This document shows positions 51,582-64,000 of a DNA stretch of 64,000 nucleotides, piece after piece. Source of the DNA: Octopus vulgaris (taxonomy: Eukaryota). The stretch's first letter is position 1. Every line of letters begins with the position of its first letter. The notes under the pieces are model-generated. The model searched no databases. It saw only the letters and a program-made list of their open reading frames with translations, and was not told where the DNA came from. The stretch covers positions 7,998,001 through 8,062,000 of the forward strand of contig OX597825.1 of assembly GCA_951406725.2 (NCBI GenBank), written 5' to 3'. Made by a program: the position numbers and the translations under genes.

Positions 51582-51582
<1 letters not shown>
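51381..51582 (-). mobile_element. Short PLE-terminus-like repeat flanked by (TA)n, with a variant hammerhead-like motif at 51477-51516
   Basis: Minus strand aUCUUU CUGUCGA A GAGC guag GCUC GAAA CC UA AAAGAc: perfect 5-bp stem I and 4-bp stem II; bounded by (TA)n on both sides. Confidence 0.6.
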
Positions 51583-51623
<41 letters not shown>

Positions 51624-53292
51624 ATTTGTGTGTGTATATGTGTGTATCTGTGAGTATGTGTGTATGAGTGTGTGTGTATTTGTGTGTGTGTGTATCTCTG
51701 TGTGTGTACTTTTAATTATACTGATATAATACTGGAAGGTTTTCACCCTTGATGCTATCATGCAGATGTGTTCACACATATCCACCTTGCAGAAATGTAA
51801 GAGAGACGTTTGTAGAACGCCTGATAGCTGCCAGGCGTGTGTCGTAATTATGTGGTGGATTACAGATATTGCAACACCGTTAAGTATATTCACATATAAT
51901 TTCAAATATAAATATTTGTCTAAATCTAATATTCGCCTCCTGTAGTTGCAGAGCACGAGGTTAGTCTAATCGAGCAGTCATTTGATAAAATATATTCGAG
52001 CCATGATGATTTTTGTCTATTTAGATATAGACTACAATACCAATTTGTAGCTTCCATTTTTATACTATTTCCATTATTTTGAAACACGAAATATAGACTG
52101 AGTCTGTTATTCATTAAGTGTCGTTATTATTTTGGGTTTTGAAATAAATGAATGTCTTTATATTTCTATACGATGTTGCGACATGACCGCTTCTTTTGTT
52201 GTTACGATATATGAGAGGAATACGTGTAGCTACAGCAGGGATACAAATCTGGTTTGTCATTAAACAGGGTTATTGAGTTTTCACGCGTAGTTAAACGTAT
52301 ATCGAAGCACATAATTCAAATAGATTACTCTGAATCTAAGCAAGAAGATAAAGTATTTTATTTTTAATATCTTACATCCCAAGAAGCTGTGTAACGGAAA
52401 TAGCGAAATAAATAAATCAATTAACGAACTCCTTTCTTTATTCATTATCAATAATATTTGATCCCACTTATTGAATCAGTTAAATTTAATTTAAACCTAA
52501 ACTCACAGATCACGACTTCTTTGGCGTACACGTGACTGTGATAACGAAATAAGTAAACGGAATTGCAGAATGAATAAATAAACAGCAACATTAACCTTTA
52601 TTCCTATCTTGGCTACACAAGAAGGGGAATTATTGGATAAGCATATGGTGCTTGATTATATTCTTTTGATTTCCTTATATAGACATAAATAAAGAAAACA
52701 GTGGAATATAAATAACAACTCAAACGATAATTGAATATAAATACTTAAAAAAAAATAACACAAAACTCTAATAACAGAAGAGAAAATATATTTTCAATTC
52801 AAAGTATCTTAAGTAGTTATCATTATTTTTAGAATGGAAGACATAATGTATTTCGAAATTCATTTGTTTTTTTTTTTATCTCCTTTATTTTTTTAATTTC
52901 TGGAATTAAATATCACAAAATAATAAAAATTAAATATTTATCTCAGTCTCTGTCACTCTCTCTCTTTCTCTCTCTCTAACTATCTATCTATCTTACACAT
53001 ATGTACACTCACCGAACGTACGTACGTACGTACACACTTCTCTATTAACAACGACTCTAAGATGTTAATAATTTTACATTATATAAATTCGTTGGAAAAA
53101 CAAATCGCAAATAAATAAAATTCGTTTCCACTCTATTTCGTCTTTTCTTACATTAATAACAACACTCTCATTATCATTCGTTATTATCAGTATTTTCCTT
53201 CCTCATTTTTATTTCCCCCCTCCTCCTGCTCCTCTTCCTCCCCATCGTCCTCCTCCTCTTGCTCTTTTCCTCGTTCTTCTTTTTCTACCTCT

Positions 53293-53425
<133 letters not shown>

Positions 53426-54633
53426 TTTCGTTATTAGATATTTATCTTATTTATTAATATTGAAAAATAGTCCTGAGGGTATTAGAAGTGGGTGAGAGCA
53501 CAATTGAATAGGTTTATATATTTAAGTCACGATTTCTAAAGTTGAAGGTAATAAAAAGATATAACAGACGAAAGATTCGATGAAAAAAAAATCTCCATTC
53601 ATTTCAGGAAACATAAGAACTGAAAATAAAAAAAAAGAAAATTAAACAAACACAAAGAGGAAATTGAAGCCACATATGCCCACCACCGAAACCTTCTTTG
53701 GTTTTACTACTACATAGTAGTTTTCGGTGTGTAAAATAACGTGATTCAAATGGTGTTCGTAACGCGAATCATTGGGGCATAGAAACCATACTGGTGATAA
53801 CTGATCGACAACGCTATACTTATTCATCAGTTTTTTTTTTCTTACGGCTCTGATAGAATTCTTATTTGCACCATTTGCTGGCATCAGTGATTTCAACATC
53901 GCCAACACCACCAGAAGCCACTAGTAACGATACCAACAACAACAACAGCAACAAAAATACCTCAAGCATCAACACAAACATCCCCCCCCTCTACAAGAAA
54001 TCTTTCGACTGACGTCTGAACATTACAACCACCATAACAAAGGCCAAACCATTTTTACTTTTGATATTAAAAGCCCGTAATAGTTTCGCTGATATCAAGG
54101 ATATCGTTAAAAATTCTAATAAATATAAAGACATATTTAATATCTATTTATCATGGTTGCTTGTTGGCGCATTTTTTTCTTTCTTCCTTTCGTTATTTTC
54201 TCTCATGTCTTCCTTTCCGTTGGTTTGGGCTACATTCTCTAATCTTTTCTTTTATTCTGTGACTCGACGAAGTTTCCTTTGCCGATATATAGATTAGATT
54301 TCAAGCAATTTGTAAACGGCTTGTTTTCTAGGTTCTTACAACAGGATTACTATTATGAAAGCTAATAATATTAAAGGGAGCATGTAGTGTACAAAATAAG
54401 ACGCAGATTAATATTAATATAAAGTATTAATATAATAGTCAAAGCTTACAAACATACTTGAATATGCGTGTATATATATGTGTGTGTGTGATGTATATGT
54501 GAGTGGATATAAATACATATATTCGGACGTACTGAAGCAAGCACACATATGAAGCATATAAGCCCACATTAATACACATATATAATGTATCCACAAATAT
54601 ACTGACATATGCAAATATGCCTATCGACATCAG

Positions 54634-54708
54634 ACCAATATGCTGAGGAAAGCTAAAATAATAAACAGCCCTTTAGATAGGGGTCAGCGAAACCATAGTG
54701 CATGCGGT
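54634..54708 (+). ncRNA. Degenerate hammerhead-like motif, probably in a PLE 3' terminus
   Basis: ACCaaUAUG CUGAGGA aa GCU...GCCCUU uagau AGGGGU c AGC GAAA C caua G U G CAUGcGGU; stems I, II and III form but the cleavage-site base is G. Upstream RITIMKANNIK (~54335) resembles the GIY-YIG C-terminal RxxIxEAxxIK. Confidence 0.45.
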
Positions 54709-54914
54709 GACAGACTTTTAACTTAACACTTCTTCGATAGCGTCATGTCTAAATATCCACATGTAAATATAGTTCCATTGCCACACAGTGTATCCTTAGT
54801 TCTCATACATACATATATACATACATACATACATACATATTTATTCACATAATGTGAGCAGCTCTACAAAAGTGCTTGACTTCTGTTCCCTTGTCTCACA
54901 GAACAATATCAGGT

Positions 54915-55335
54915 CGGCGAGCGGTGAGCTGGTAGAAACGTTAGCAGCCGCGCGAAATGCTTAGCGGTATTTCGTCTGCCGTTACGCTCTGAGTTCAAAT
55001 TCCGCCGAGGTCGACTTTGCCTTTCATCCTTTCGGGGTCGATTAAATAAGTACCAGCTTATGCACTGGGGTCAATATAATCGACTTAATCCGCTTGTCTG
55101 TCCTTGTGTATCCTCTCTGTGTTTGGCCCGTTGTCGGTAGTAAAGAAATAGGTATTTCGTATGCCGTTACGCTCTGAGTTCAAATTCCGCCGAGGTCGAC
55201 TTTGCCTTTCATCCTTTCGGGGTCGATTAAATAAGTACCAGTTACGTATTGCGGTCGATATTATCGACTTAATCCGTTTGTCTGTCCTTGTTTGTCCCCT
55301 CTGTGTGTAGCCCTTTGTAGGCAGTAAAGAAAAAA
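54915..55335 (+). mobile_element. SINE family A dimer: one head plus two bodies
   Basis: Junction aagaaata-ggtatttcgt at 55151. Confidence 0.92.
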
Positions 55336-55559
55336 GAACAATATCATGTCTATTATATTTGCAGCGAATTGATGTTCTTATTGGGGTATTCCACAAGTTC
55401 TACTTTAAACGATTTGTATAATTGAGTGTGGAGAGGAGAGGCTGGCATGCCTGGGCGACTACCGTGTGCTTCCATAAACAACTTTATGGAAGCACACGGC
55501 CCTCGCGTTTCATAGGGGATTTTTTTCTTGGTTCTGTTGGAAGGGGGTGTTTTAATTCT

Positions 55560-55862
55560 AGTGAAGTCACATGGCTCAGCGCATAGAATCATGAGATAGT
55601 AGGTTCGATTTTGGGGCCAGGCTGTGTGTTGTGTTCTTGAGCAAGACACCTAGATTCACGTTGCTCCAGGTCATTCAGCTGTAGAAATGAGTTATGACGT
55701 CACTGTGCCAAGCTGTATCGGCCCCTTTACCTTTCTCTTGTACAACATCAGTGGCATGGAGAAGGGGGGATAGTATGCAAGGGCACCTGCTGGTCTTCCA
55801 CAAGCAATCGAGCCTTGAACTTTCTAGGTGCAATCCTAGGGTCCTTCATAGCCGAAGTAGGT
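55560..55862 (+). mobile_element. SINE family D (tRNA head plus CORE-like domain), diverged; a separate 3' fragment lies at about 55425-55500
   Basis: gttgtgttcttgagcaagacacc...ttcacgttgctccag; 3' part matches 32400-32598. Confidence 0.75.
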
Positions 55863-55877
55863 TTCTACTCATTTTAA

Positions 55878-55923
<46 letters not shown>

Positions 55924-56189
55924 ATTCATATTATATATCAGTATACATAATGTTAATTGTATTCGCACATAAATATGGATACTCTATTACTCTATATGGA
56001 TATATATATGTATAGATATATATATATATATATTTGTGCGTATATTCATAATTATGTATCAATACACATAATATAAATTGTATTCGCATATAAATATAGT
56101 TACTCTGTACGGATACAAATACATACAAATTATTCACCCACACCACTACCACCACCGACAACAACAAAAGTAGCAGTTATTCAAGAACA

Positions 56190-56530
56190 AACACCGTATA
56201 TCGGATATAGTAAACTTCATACCTAGCTTCGCTGGAGCAAACAGAAAGTCAACGGAGATTACAGCAGATGATTAACCACAGGTTAGAAAACACAAAAGCT
56301 TTCAAGAGTGGAGTAAAACATCAAAGTGTTGATGTAAATGTAAAAATGGATCGTGAAAACGGAATGAAAATTTAGGAAATTGCATACACAAAACAGAACA
56401 ATTTTCAGACATGAAATTTTGGTAAAACTGTCGTAATAAAAAGACAGACGGGGTTAAGGTTATTGAAGTTATTTGAAAATGAGGGAACGGACATGCGTAA
56501 TGTTTTTCAAAAATTGGATAGAAACATGAC
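56190..56530 (+). mobile_element. Possible decayed LINE RT fragment (RTE-like)
   Basis: ESQRRLQQMIN (cf. AxSxxxLQxMxx) and TGLRLLK; heavily degenerate. Confidence 0.3.
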
Positions 56531-56969
56531 AGATATAGAAGGAGAGCAAAATTATTGCATGATTCTTAAAAGCTGCAGCAAATAAATGCATTATCTGTTT
56601 GTGTTGACCTGTGTGGAAATTATTAGATTTATTCTATGCACCTCGCCTAAATATATTTTATATAGTTTTTGTCTATTTTCTGCCTGACACAGTAATCCAC
56701 ACATACAGACATGTATGTGTGTATTCATATATATGGAAGATGTATTTGCGCATTTATGTATATACGTAACGAAAACAATGAAATCACTAAAAGAAATAAG
56801 CAACACAGGATGGACAAGTTTAAACAAATGTACTGTTTTAGCTCTTAAGAAGGGAGAATGTCTAGACATTTTGGACGCTAATCCTTAATCAAATATGTAT
56901 ATATGTTTGTATATACGTAGGAGTGTTTGGAACCGTTTTTCTGGCAAACATTTTATACTGAAGACAAGA

Positions 56970-57650
56970 CTGTAATCGTGTTTAATCTATTTCGATGAAA
57001 GTTGCAAAATATTTTCGGAATATGTTTGTTTGTTTGTTTGTGCATCCTTTGGAGTTGTGGAGTTCCTAATTGATTCAACATTTACTCCCGAGCATGGTCT
57101 GAATGAAATGTTATTAGAAGTTTTATTGGCGAACACACTGGTCTAGTAACAGAGTCAGGTGAAAGTTAAGCTCTGGTTACATTGATTTTATTCATGCTTG
57201 TAACTTCAGACTCTTGATCATTTTGCTATAAATCAATCTTAATAGTTTATCTTTCCACCTTTTACGTTTTGAAAAACTTCAATTTTATATCGAGAATTTG
57301 CTGCAGTGTGAAAGATACTTTTGTGACTGATCAGAAAAATTTGCATTTTTGTGACTTCTCTAACATTTTCATGACGACGTTTACCACTTTCAGGTTTCCT
57401 TTGTGGTTTCATGTTTACGAGAAGGTTTCTTATATTGGTGTTTTAATAATATATACTAGTGTATTTGTCGGTCGATGTGATATATTAGTTTGTTCTGTTT
57501 CATCTGTTTTAATGATAGATTCAGCCCTTCTCTAACTACAATACATTTCGTTCAAATTGCATTGTATATGTGTGATTTGAGAGGTTTTATGCTATGTCGT
57601 ATCTGTTTTGTCTGTGAGGGTGAATTTGTCATTGCCTCTTTTTGTGTTCT
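56970..57650 (-). mobile_element. Possible decayed Penelope-like (Neptune-type) C-terminal fragment
   Basis: TNIRNLLV (cf. xNLRxxLV), KCKF (cf. CxxC linker) and terminal RNRLN (cf. PxGLN) in the expected order. Confidence 0.3.
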
Positions 57651-58072
57651 TCGTCTAATAATCTTTCCGGTATCTCTCACATACGTATGTACATATGCAT
57701 ATACCTCCCTCACTAGTCTCCTTTTCACTGTATGCACACAGAGAGAGAGAGAGAGAGAGAGAGTGTGTCAGGGAGAGAGTGTCATATAGAGTTTGGTAAA
57801 TATTTAGCGCTTGATGGAGAGAAATAGAGAGCAGTAGCATTGATAATCTAAAAGCTGAGTTATTTCAGGTAGCAAATTATATTGTTTGATTAATTTATAA
57901 CCGAAATCCATGTCGACGGTACGCAAATGCCGAAAAACAGATCCTTCTCCCACGAGGATGCACCGTTTCGGAGGTTTTCCGTGACATTTAAAAATACACT
58001 AGCATGCATTGTTATATATATATGGGTGCGCGCGCGTGAGTGCGTATGTGTATATGAGCGTGTGTATGTTTG

Positions 58073-58163
<91 letters not shown>

Positions 58164-58236
58164 GTATGTAAGTATGTATATATATAATATGTATATGTAT
58201 GTGCATGAAAGTCTCTCTCTCCCTCTCTCTCTCTCT

Positions 58237-58259
<23 letters not shown>

Positions 58260-58271
<12 letters not shown>

Positions 58272-58329
58272 TTAGAGACAAAACCACTATTTTGCAAAAT
58301 AGTGGTTTTGTCTCTAATAATATTATATA
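58260..58329. repeat. Perfect 70-bp palindrome within (TA)n
   Basis: tatataatattattagagacaaaaccactattttg|caaaatagtggttttgtctctaataatattatata; the arm resembles the repeat at 26772 and 27129. Confidence 0.95.
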
Positions 58330-58405
58330 ATATTTTACTATAAAATTGGATTTAATCCTAAATCTGATTTTTTTCCCTGTAAATTTGGATTTATTCCCTA
58401 ATATT

Positions 58406-58465
<60 letters not shown>

Positions 58466-58869
58466 GCCTATGGTGAGCTTATTTATTCTGAAAACGTTAT
58501 GATGCTGTGAACTTTAACCACAGGAAGAGTTCCTGGTCTGAATTGATCTATCTCATATATGTAGTAAAGAACACTAAATGACAGGTGACAGTGTTTATCC
58601 TTGTAACCGATTGCTCTAACATACATTAATTAGTGTGATTGGCTTCCACAGAGCTTTTGTCCAGCAGTTGCCACTCACACAGTTCTTACGTTGTCCTAAG
58701 GCTTCTGTACAATTCACATGCTTCAAATACTGAACGGTAGGACTAGACCAAAAGTTATTTATATGCGAACGAACTTATAAACTACACAGTCGTATACTGC
58801 ATAAGGCTGGAAATTATTTTAATCTTTAAGCACCATTTTATTCACAGAACAATAAATCATTCACATGCG

Positions 58870-59900
58870 CTGCAAGAATTCGATAACTATGTTGCAACCA
58901 CAGCATTTTTAGTTTTGGTTTATGTTAGCTTCAATTAATAAACATCTAGATTTGGGGGTGAAAAACTTATTTATAAGATAGTCTTGTTATCAACTTAGAT
59001 TTTTTTAATTTCTAGTTTTATTTTAGTTGTGTAATATTATGCATTACAATTATTACTTTTTGTATATATTAATACATAGTGCGAAATGTCGAAAAATAAC
59101 ATAGTTGTATGTAAAATATAATAGTCAGAGTTATGAACTGTACAGCTTTCATGTTAGCTTATGAATTTGTAAATGACAGTCATCTGAAATTTATTTAGAA
59201 GCTTGCAGGCTAATGGATTTTTATTCAGGAGGAAATGTTAACTTCTTTACAATGCTATTAATGTGATTAATAGAACGATATTAATATGATACACATTTTG
59301 TATTCTCTTTGATGATTTTTTGAAAAACTAGTCGAGCTGTTTTACGACCAGGGTGCAATTGGTCCATATAATTTATTTTATGTATGGTTTGGTGGGTTTT
59401 CTTGGGAGTTGTTCGGTCAGAATATATTTACCCTGTTGAATTTGTGTATTTTTCCTTAGATAAGTCTCCTAAAATATATGTATAATCATTTTTCATTGCC
59501 GTTTGTTTTATTCTACTAATGTTGTGCTATTTTGCTGCGGCCGTTTTATAGGCTCTTCTGAATAAGAATTTATAAATCACATTTTATATCAATGTCGATA
59601 TTCACAATGTTCATGCATGTAGTGGCATTTATAGGTGTTTTAGTGTATACTGCTCCAATACAAATATTCTTCTTATGTTACATTTACAAATCAAAAATGG
59701 GATAGTTATCTGAGTAAAGTTTAAGTTAGATATTAAAAAGAGTATAAGGTTATTTTGTATGTTAAGTTTTATTGTCTGCTTTTCAAATGACCAACATTGA
59801 ATTCTTCCTCCACCTGCATGGTGTACATTGCAGGTTTGTATTTTCTGAAGACTTTATAGTTTACCATAGTTATATAGAACTTCACAGATGTGCATCTCGG
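58870..59900 (-). mobile_element. Decayed Penelope-like element, RT C-terminus through GIY-YIG
   Basis: Ordered relics KPAMY..VEEEF (cf. KPxxYxRYVDDIF), NLNFT..IPFL, VYTK..CMN, FRRAYKT, RIKQTAMKNDY, VIYKF...YILHTT, LLIEA. Confidence 0.55.
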
Positions 59901-60989
59901 TATATATAAACTAAGCCTATATCTTTCTTCTTATTAAAATGCTAGATGGATTAATTATAACACCAACAATCACAAACAAATATTGTCGTCACTACACCAA
60001 ATTGTATCTATCCACTTGTATCTATGTATGTGATTGCATTTTCGTGTGAATACTCCTGTGTGATGGGTTAGCTTTTAACCAATTATTACTTAATGAGTAA
60101 AACCATTACAGGTCGGGTGATGGTGGAAGGCTTAGATTTTTAAGTCTCCGTCGATCCAGATTTCAATATCTCAAATTTTAGCAACGGTTCCTTTACTTAA
60201 TTTTCTTTATTATTTGCAGAGTTCATTAGCTTATTTTTCGTTATAAGTATGCAGTGCAAATTAAAATGAAATATGCTCTGTTAAATGCTTGTACAGGTTC
60301 TGGGGTATTATCTTGAGATCATTTGGAGATATGGTTTAATAGCTATATCCTTTTGGTACTGTTTTCTGTAATCGACATTTCAAAGAAATTTCATTCGTTT
60401 CAGGAATGATTGAAATAAAATGCATGAATAAATACAGGTAAGCATAGTGTATTTAATTCACCATCTTAGATTTTCAAGAGCTTGCAAATACTTCATTACA
60501 AAACAACTGTCACAGGGATAAGTTTCGATGTAGCAAGAATCCAAATAGTATCTGCTGTCAACGGGCTTAAGACCGCATCTCGACTTGAAGCCAAAAGGTT
60601 TTTTTTAAACTCTAAGTGGCAAATATATCCAACACTTATTGTCGGTTCCAGAATGGAGATGTCTCGAGGTAAAATGGTGTGCCACTGCTCTTTTCACATC
60701 ATCATAATTTTAGTACTTCAGCCGTGGGGCTTCTTTTTTATTTTCATCAAAAGTAACTTTATCTACTGTGGTGAGTAACTACACATTAGTGATTAAAAGA
60801 TGGGGGTCACATCCTGATCAAGTGGGAATTCAGTCGTGTTAGAGATTGCTTTGAAGAAATTTAGCAGAAAAGTTTATCGCGGTTGATCAATGGAATGATA
60901 TATGTATTTTTTATTGAAATATATATTTTGTTTTATCTCATTCACTAATCTTATATGCTACGTTAATTAAACACACCGTTACTTTGAAG

Positions 60990-61342
<353 letters not shown>

Positions 61343-61345
61343 ATG

Positions 61346-61461
61346 TGTTCTCGAACATTCATCATACACACATCAATATGCATATAAAAGGGGTTCAAAT
61401 ATTGATATCTGAGAAAGGGTTCAAAATATGATAAAAGTTTATACTGATATATTTTTGCTTA
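61346..61461. repeat. ~115-bp direct repeat, copy 1
   Basis: ctcgaacattcatcatacacacatcaatatgcatataaaagggttcaaat...tatatttttgctta recurs at 61879. Confidence 0.92.
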
Positions 61462-61852
61462 AACGAAGCAAGTTTAATCTCTAACATAAGGGGTAACTTT
61501 ATTCTATGTATTTATATATTCGGAAAAAAGAATACATTTTCACATAAAAAGTGTTTACGTAAAACTATATTAAAAACATATTGTTGTATATGCTCACAAC
61601 GTATGACATAAATAACACAAGTAGTAGAGAGGGAGAGAGAGAGAGAGAGATAAAGAAATAGAAAAGAAATAGAAGAGACAAAGGATCATATAATATTTCC
61701 AATCTTTCTCATGAGTAAAGACATAATGGGGAGACATTTATATGTTACAGCCCAAAAAGTGTTTGTAATATAACTGATCAGGATATCAGATGTAATATCA
61801 GCCACATTGCTAATCAAAGGTTTAGATGACACATTCACAATATCTAAGGATC

Positions 61853-61878
<26 letters not shown>

Positions 61879-61883
<5 letters not shown>

Positions 61884-61994
61884 TCGAACATTTATCATAC
61901 ACACATCAATATGCATATAAAAGGGGTTCAAATATTGATATCTGAGAAAGGGTTCAAAATATGTTAAAAGTTTATACTCATATATTTTTGCTTA
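61879..61994. repeat. ~115-bp direct repeat, copy 2
   Basis: Differs from copy 1 at only a few positions; flanked by (TA)n on both sides. Confidence 0.92.
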
Positions 61995-62019
61995 TATATA
62001 TATATATATATATGTATAT

Positions 62020-62910
62020 ACATTGAATACAAAATTTAGAATATCTACCTGGAAGATGTGTCGAAACGCTCAGAACTCGAGGAATGCGTCTGAACCCCTC
62101 CCCCACCAAAAAAAAAACACGTTAATGAAGACGGGTTATCTCCCCTGAATAAGACTGGGGCGAAAAAAAATGACCTTGTAGCAAACGAGAAAACCTAATT
62201 TTCCAGTAAGTAGCGGTTGAAGCGGATACATTTACAAAACACTCTTTGCAGCTTTTTAATGCTCTACGTTTCTTATAGTCCTTAAGAATTATGGCTCTCC
62301 GCGATGCAGATCTTGCAACGGATACTTCCATTAATTTACGGGTCCGGATTATGAATTAATTTTGACCTGACATCACATGGGGTCCTTTGATTTTTGAGGT
62401 GCCATACATGGCGGGTCAGGGACGTAACAAACCGTGTTTCTGGGATCCTGAAGGATGACTGGTGGTTAAGGAAACGTCGCTTGAATGAAGTATTCACAGA
62501 ACCAATATATTTACACACATTGGATGTGGCTCTGTTCGCAATCCTGGTAACATATGACGCGGTGCTGGTCATCCCATCGGTGTCGAAGATAGATATTTAG
62601 TCATCTTCTGAAGTGGCGGAACTTGGAAGGGCGGATACCCCCTCCAAGTCGCTGGTCCTAGATAGGTCGTTATTTCTAGGTGTGATGTTTGCACTTGTGA
62701 CAACACACATTGCGGGCCTGGTTACTCTATCTCTGTCTATGTTTTGTTCATTATCCCTGGCGGTGTACCGGGGTTTCCTGCGATGCTCTCTGTGAAGCTG
62801 GTCCCAGACTGGTCATTATCTCTGGGCGAGGCAATTGTGCTGGCGTGAGAACTGGTTAATCTGCTAATAATATTGCTGATTGATGGCGCATTACAGTTAT
62901 TCAGATATCG
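62020..62910 (-). mobile_element. 5'-truncated Penelope-like element: GIY-YIG endonuclease pseudo-ORF plus 3' terminus
   Basis: PSISNIIS, then YVTRI...KYIGSVNTSFKRRFLNHQSSFR...TSLTRHVWHLK, then frameshifted CKICIAE and KCIRFNRYLL, all typical of PLE GIY-YIG domains. 62020-62140 is homologous to the palindrome at 2703-3066. Confidence 0.85.
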
Positions 62911-63142
62911 GGTCTAGGTATCAACATAGCCTCATAGATAACTCCTCTAGCCTCACATAAGCATTATATATATATCCAGCAGTTATTATATATCCTGCAA
63001 GAGCAACCTGTTTCCTCCCTTGTATTGTGAGGGTTTCTTTATGTTAGGTGCATAACAAAAGCAAACACTTTGATTATGTCTTAAATACATTACCTAAATG
63101 ATCACTGAGCTTATTTTGCGTTCATTCATCCTGTTGATTATT

Positions 63143-63217
63143 ATAGTTAATTTTTCCTGATGAATCCCTGCTTACCAGAGACGCCAAGAGGGGAAACAAC
63201 TTTATATTGCCGACTAT
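63143..63217 (+). ncRNA. Degenerate hammerhead-like motif
   Basis: CUGAUGA au CCCU g CUU accagagacgcc AAG AGGG GAAA CAA cuuuaua UUG cc GACUAU; stems II and III form, U16.1 is C, and the stem I partner auaguu is offset by 8 nt. Confidence 0.45.
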
Positions 63218-64000
63218 CTGCTCATGTCTTACATTGTTCAGGTTGTAACTACTTCTCACTTATAACGCAGTGTACAATCAAAGACGATTAATGTTCAATA
63301 GAAATATATTTATATTTTGAACTGCTAGATCTTAAGTAATAATCTACAGATGGCTTCTTGAAAAATCTCATAATGTACAATTCGATCGATTTATTGCAGG
63401 TAAAATACCAATTGTAGAACCACACATCTTTCAAATACTCAGACAAACTGGTTCGGGAAAACGTTCACAACGTTTTTAACTACTATTCATTGTGTTTCAT
63501 CTTTCTAAGAAATAAGTTACTGCATAGTCTGAATTGTGTCCAGAATTTGAATATATCTTGATTAAATAATCCAATTTTCGCAATTTACCGATGGAAGAAG
63601 AAAAGAAATACTTCAAAACCACACTCACTCGCTGAAGCTTGTAAACAAAATAGAGCCAAACCCGTGGCTATGCAGGCGTTTTAGAATCTTTTCTTAACGT
63701 GAAGTGTTAAGTCATAAAATGTCTTCGTTTTTATTTCGAACATGTTTTTGTGCAATTTTGTTGCTCATTTACCCATTGAAGGTCGAAATAATGAATGAAA
63801 TATATCTTGTGAATGACTGCCTTTTCTATATTTCCATAATGAATGGTCGCATAGCCAATGAACACCTGAAGAGATGCAGCAGATGGTGGTTTCCATTTCA
63901 AATTAAACTTGATGGAAAAGTAACTAATTCTCCATGTTGTCATCAATTGTGGTATAAAAACGAAAGAATGACAATAAAATGTACCCCAATATAAAAGCAT

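Noticed and set aside
60314-60336. tgagatcatt resembling the start of the bantam microRNA
   Set aside because: The rest does not match and I see no precursor hairpin
60482-60900. Faint Tc1/maT-like C-terminal motif (LQPWGFFF..K..IY) and a GTGAGT donor
   Set aside because: Too degenerate to call either a transposase relic or an exon
62047-62072. ctggaaga...cgaaacg on the plus strand as a hammerhead
   Set aside because: Not a CUGANGA box, no stem II, and antisense to the element

Overview
AT-rich eukaryotic non-coding DNA (intergenic or a very large intron). The repeat families look like those I recognise from octopus genomes; this is inference, not a database result. I cannot support any intact protein-coding gene: almost all ORFs in the track are translations of microsatellites or SINEs. 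The window contains dozens of microsatellites and more than 25 tRNA-derived SINE copies from at least four modular families. It also holds decayed Penelope-like elements (PLEs), R4/Dong and L1/Tx1 LINE fragments, a Buster-type hAT transposase relic and a mariner deletion derivative. The most interesting signal is RNA structure. A ~360-bp foldback element (2703-3066) carries two hammerhead ribozyme (HHR) motifs on opposite strands, one with a fully intact catalytic core. It is homologous to the 3' terminus of the Penelope element at 62020-62910 and appears to have folded back at a native micro-hairpin. Several more HHR-like motifs with different arms are scattered through the window, including a CUGUYGA core variant. 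One SINE family shares its 3' tail with the L1/Tx1 LINE and repeatedly forms head-less tandem units at one fixed junction. All alignments and folds were done by eye.
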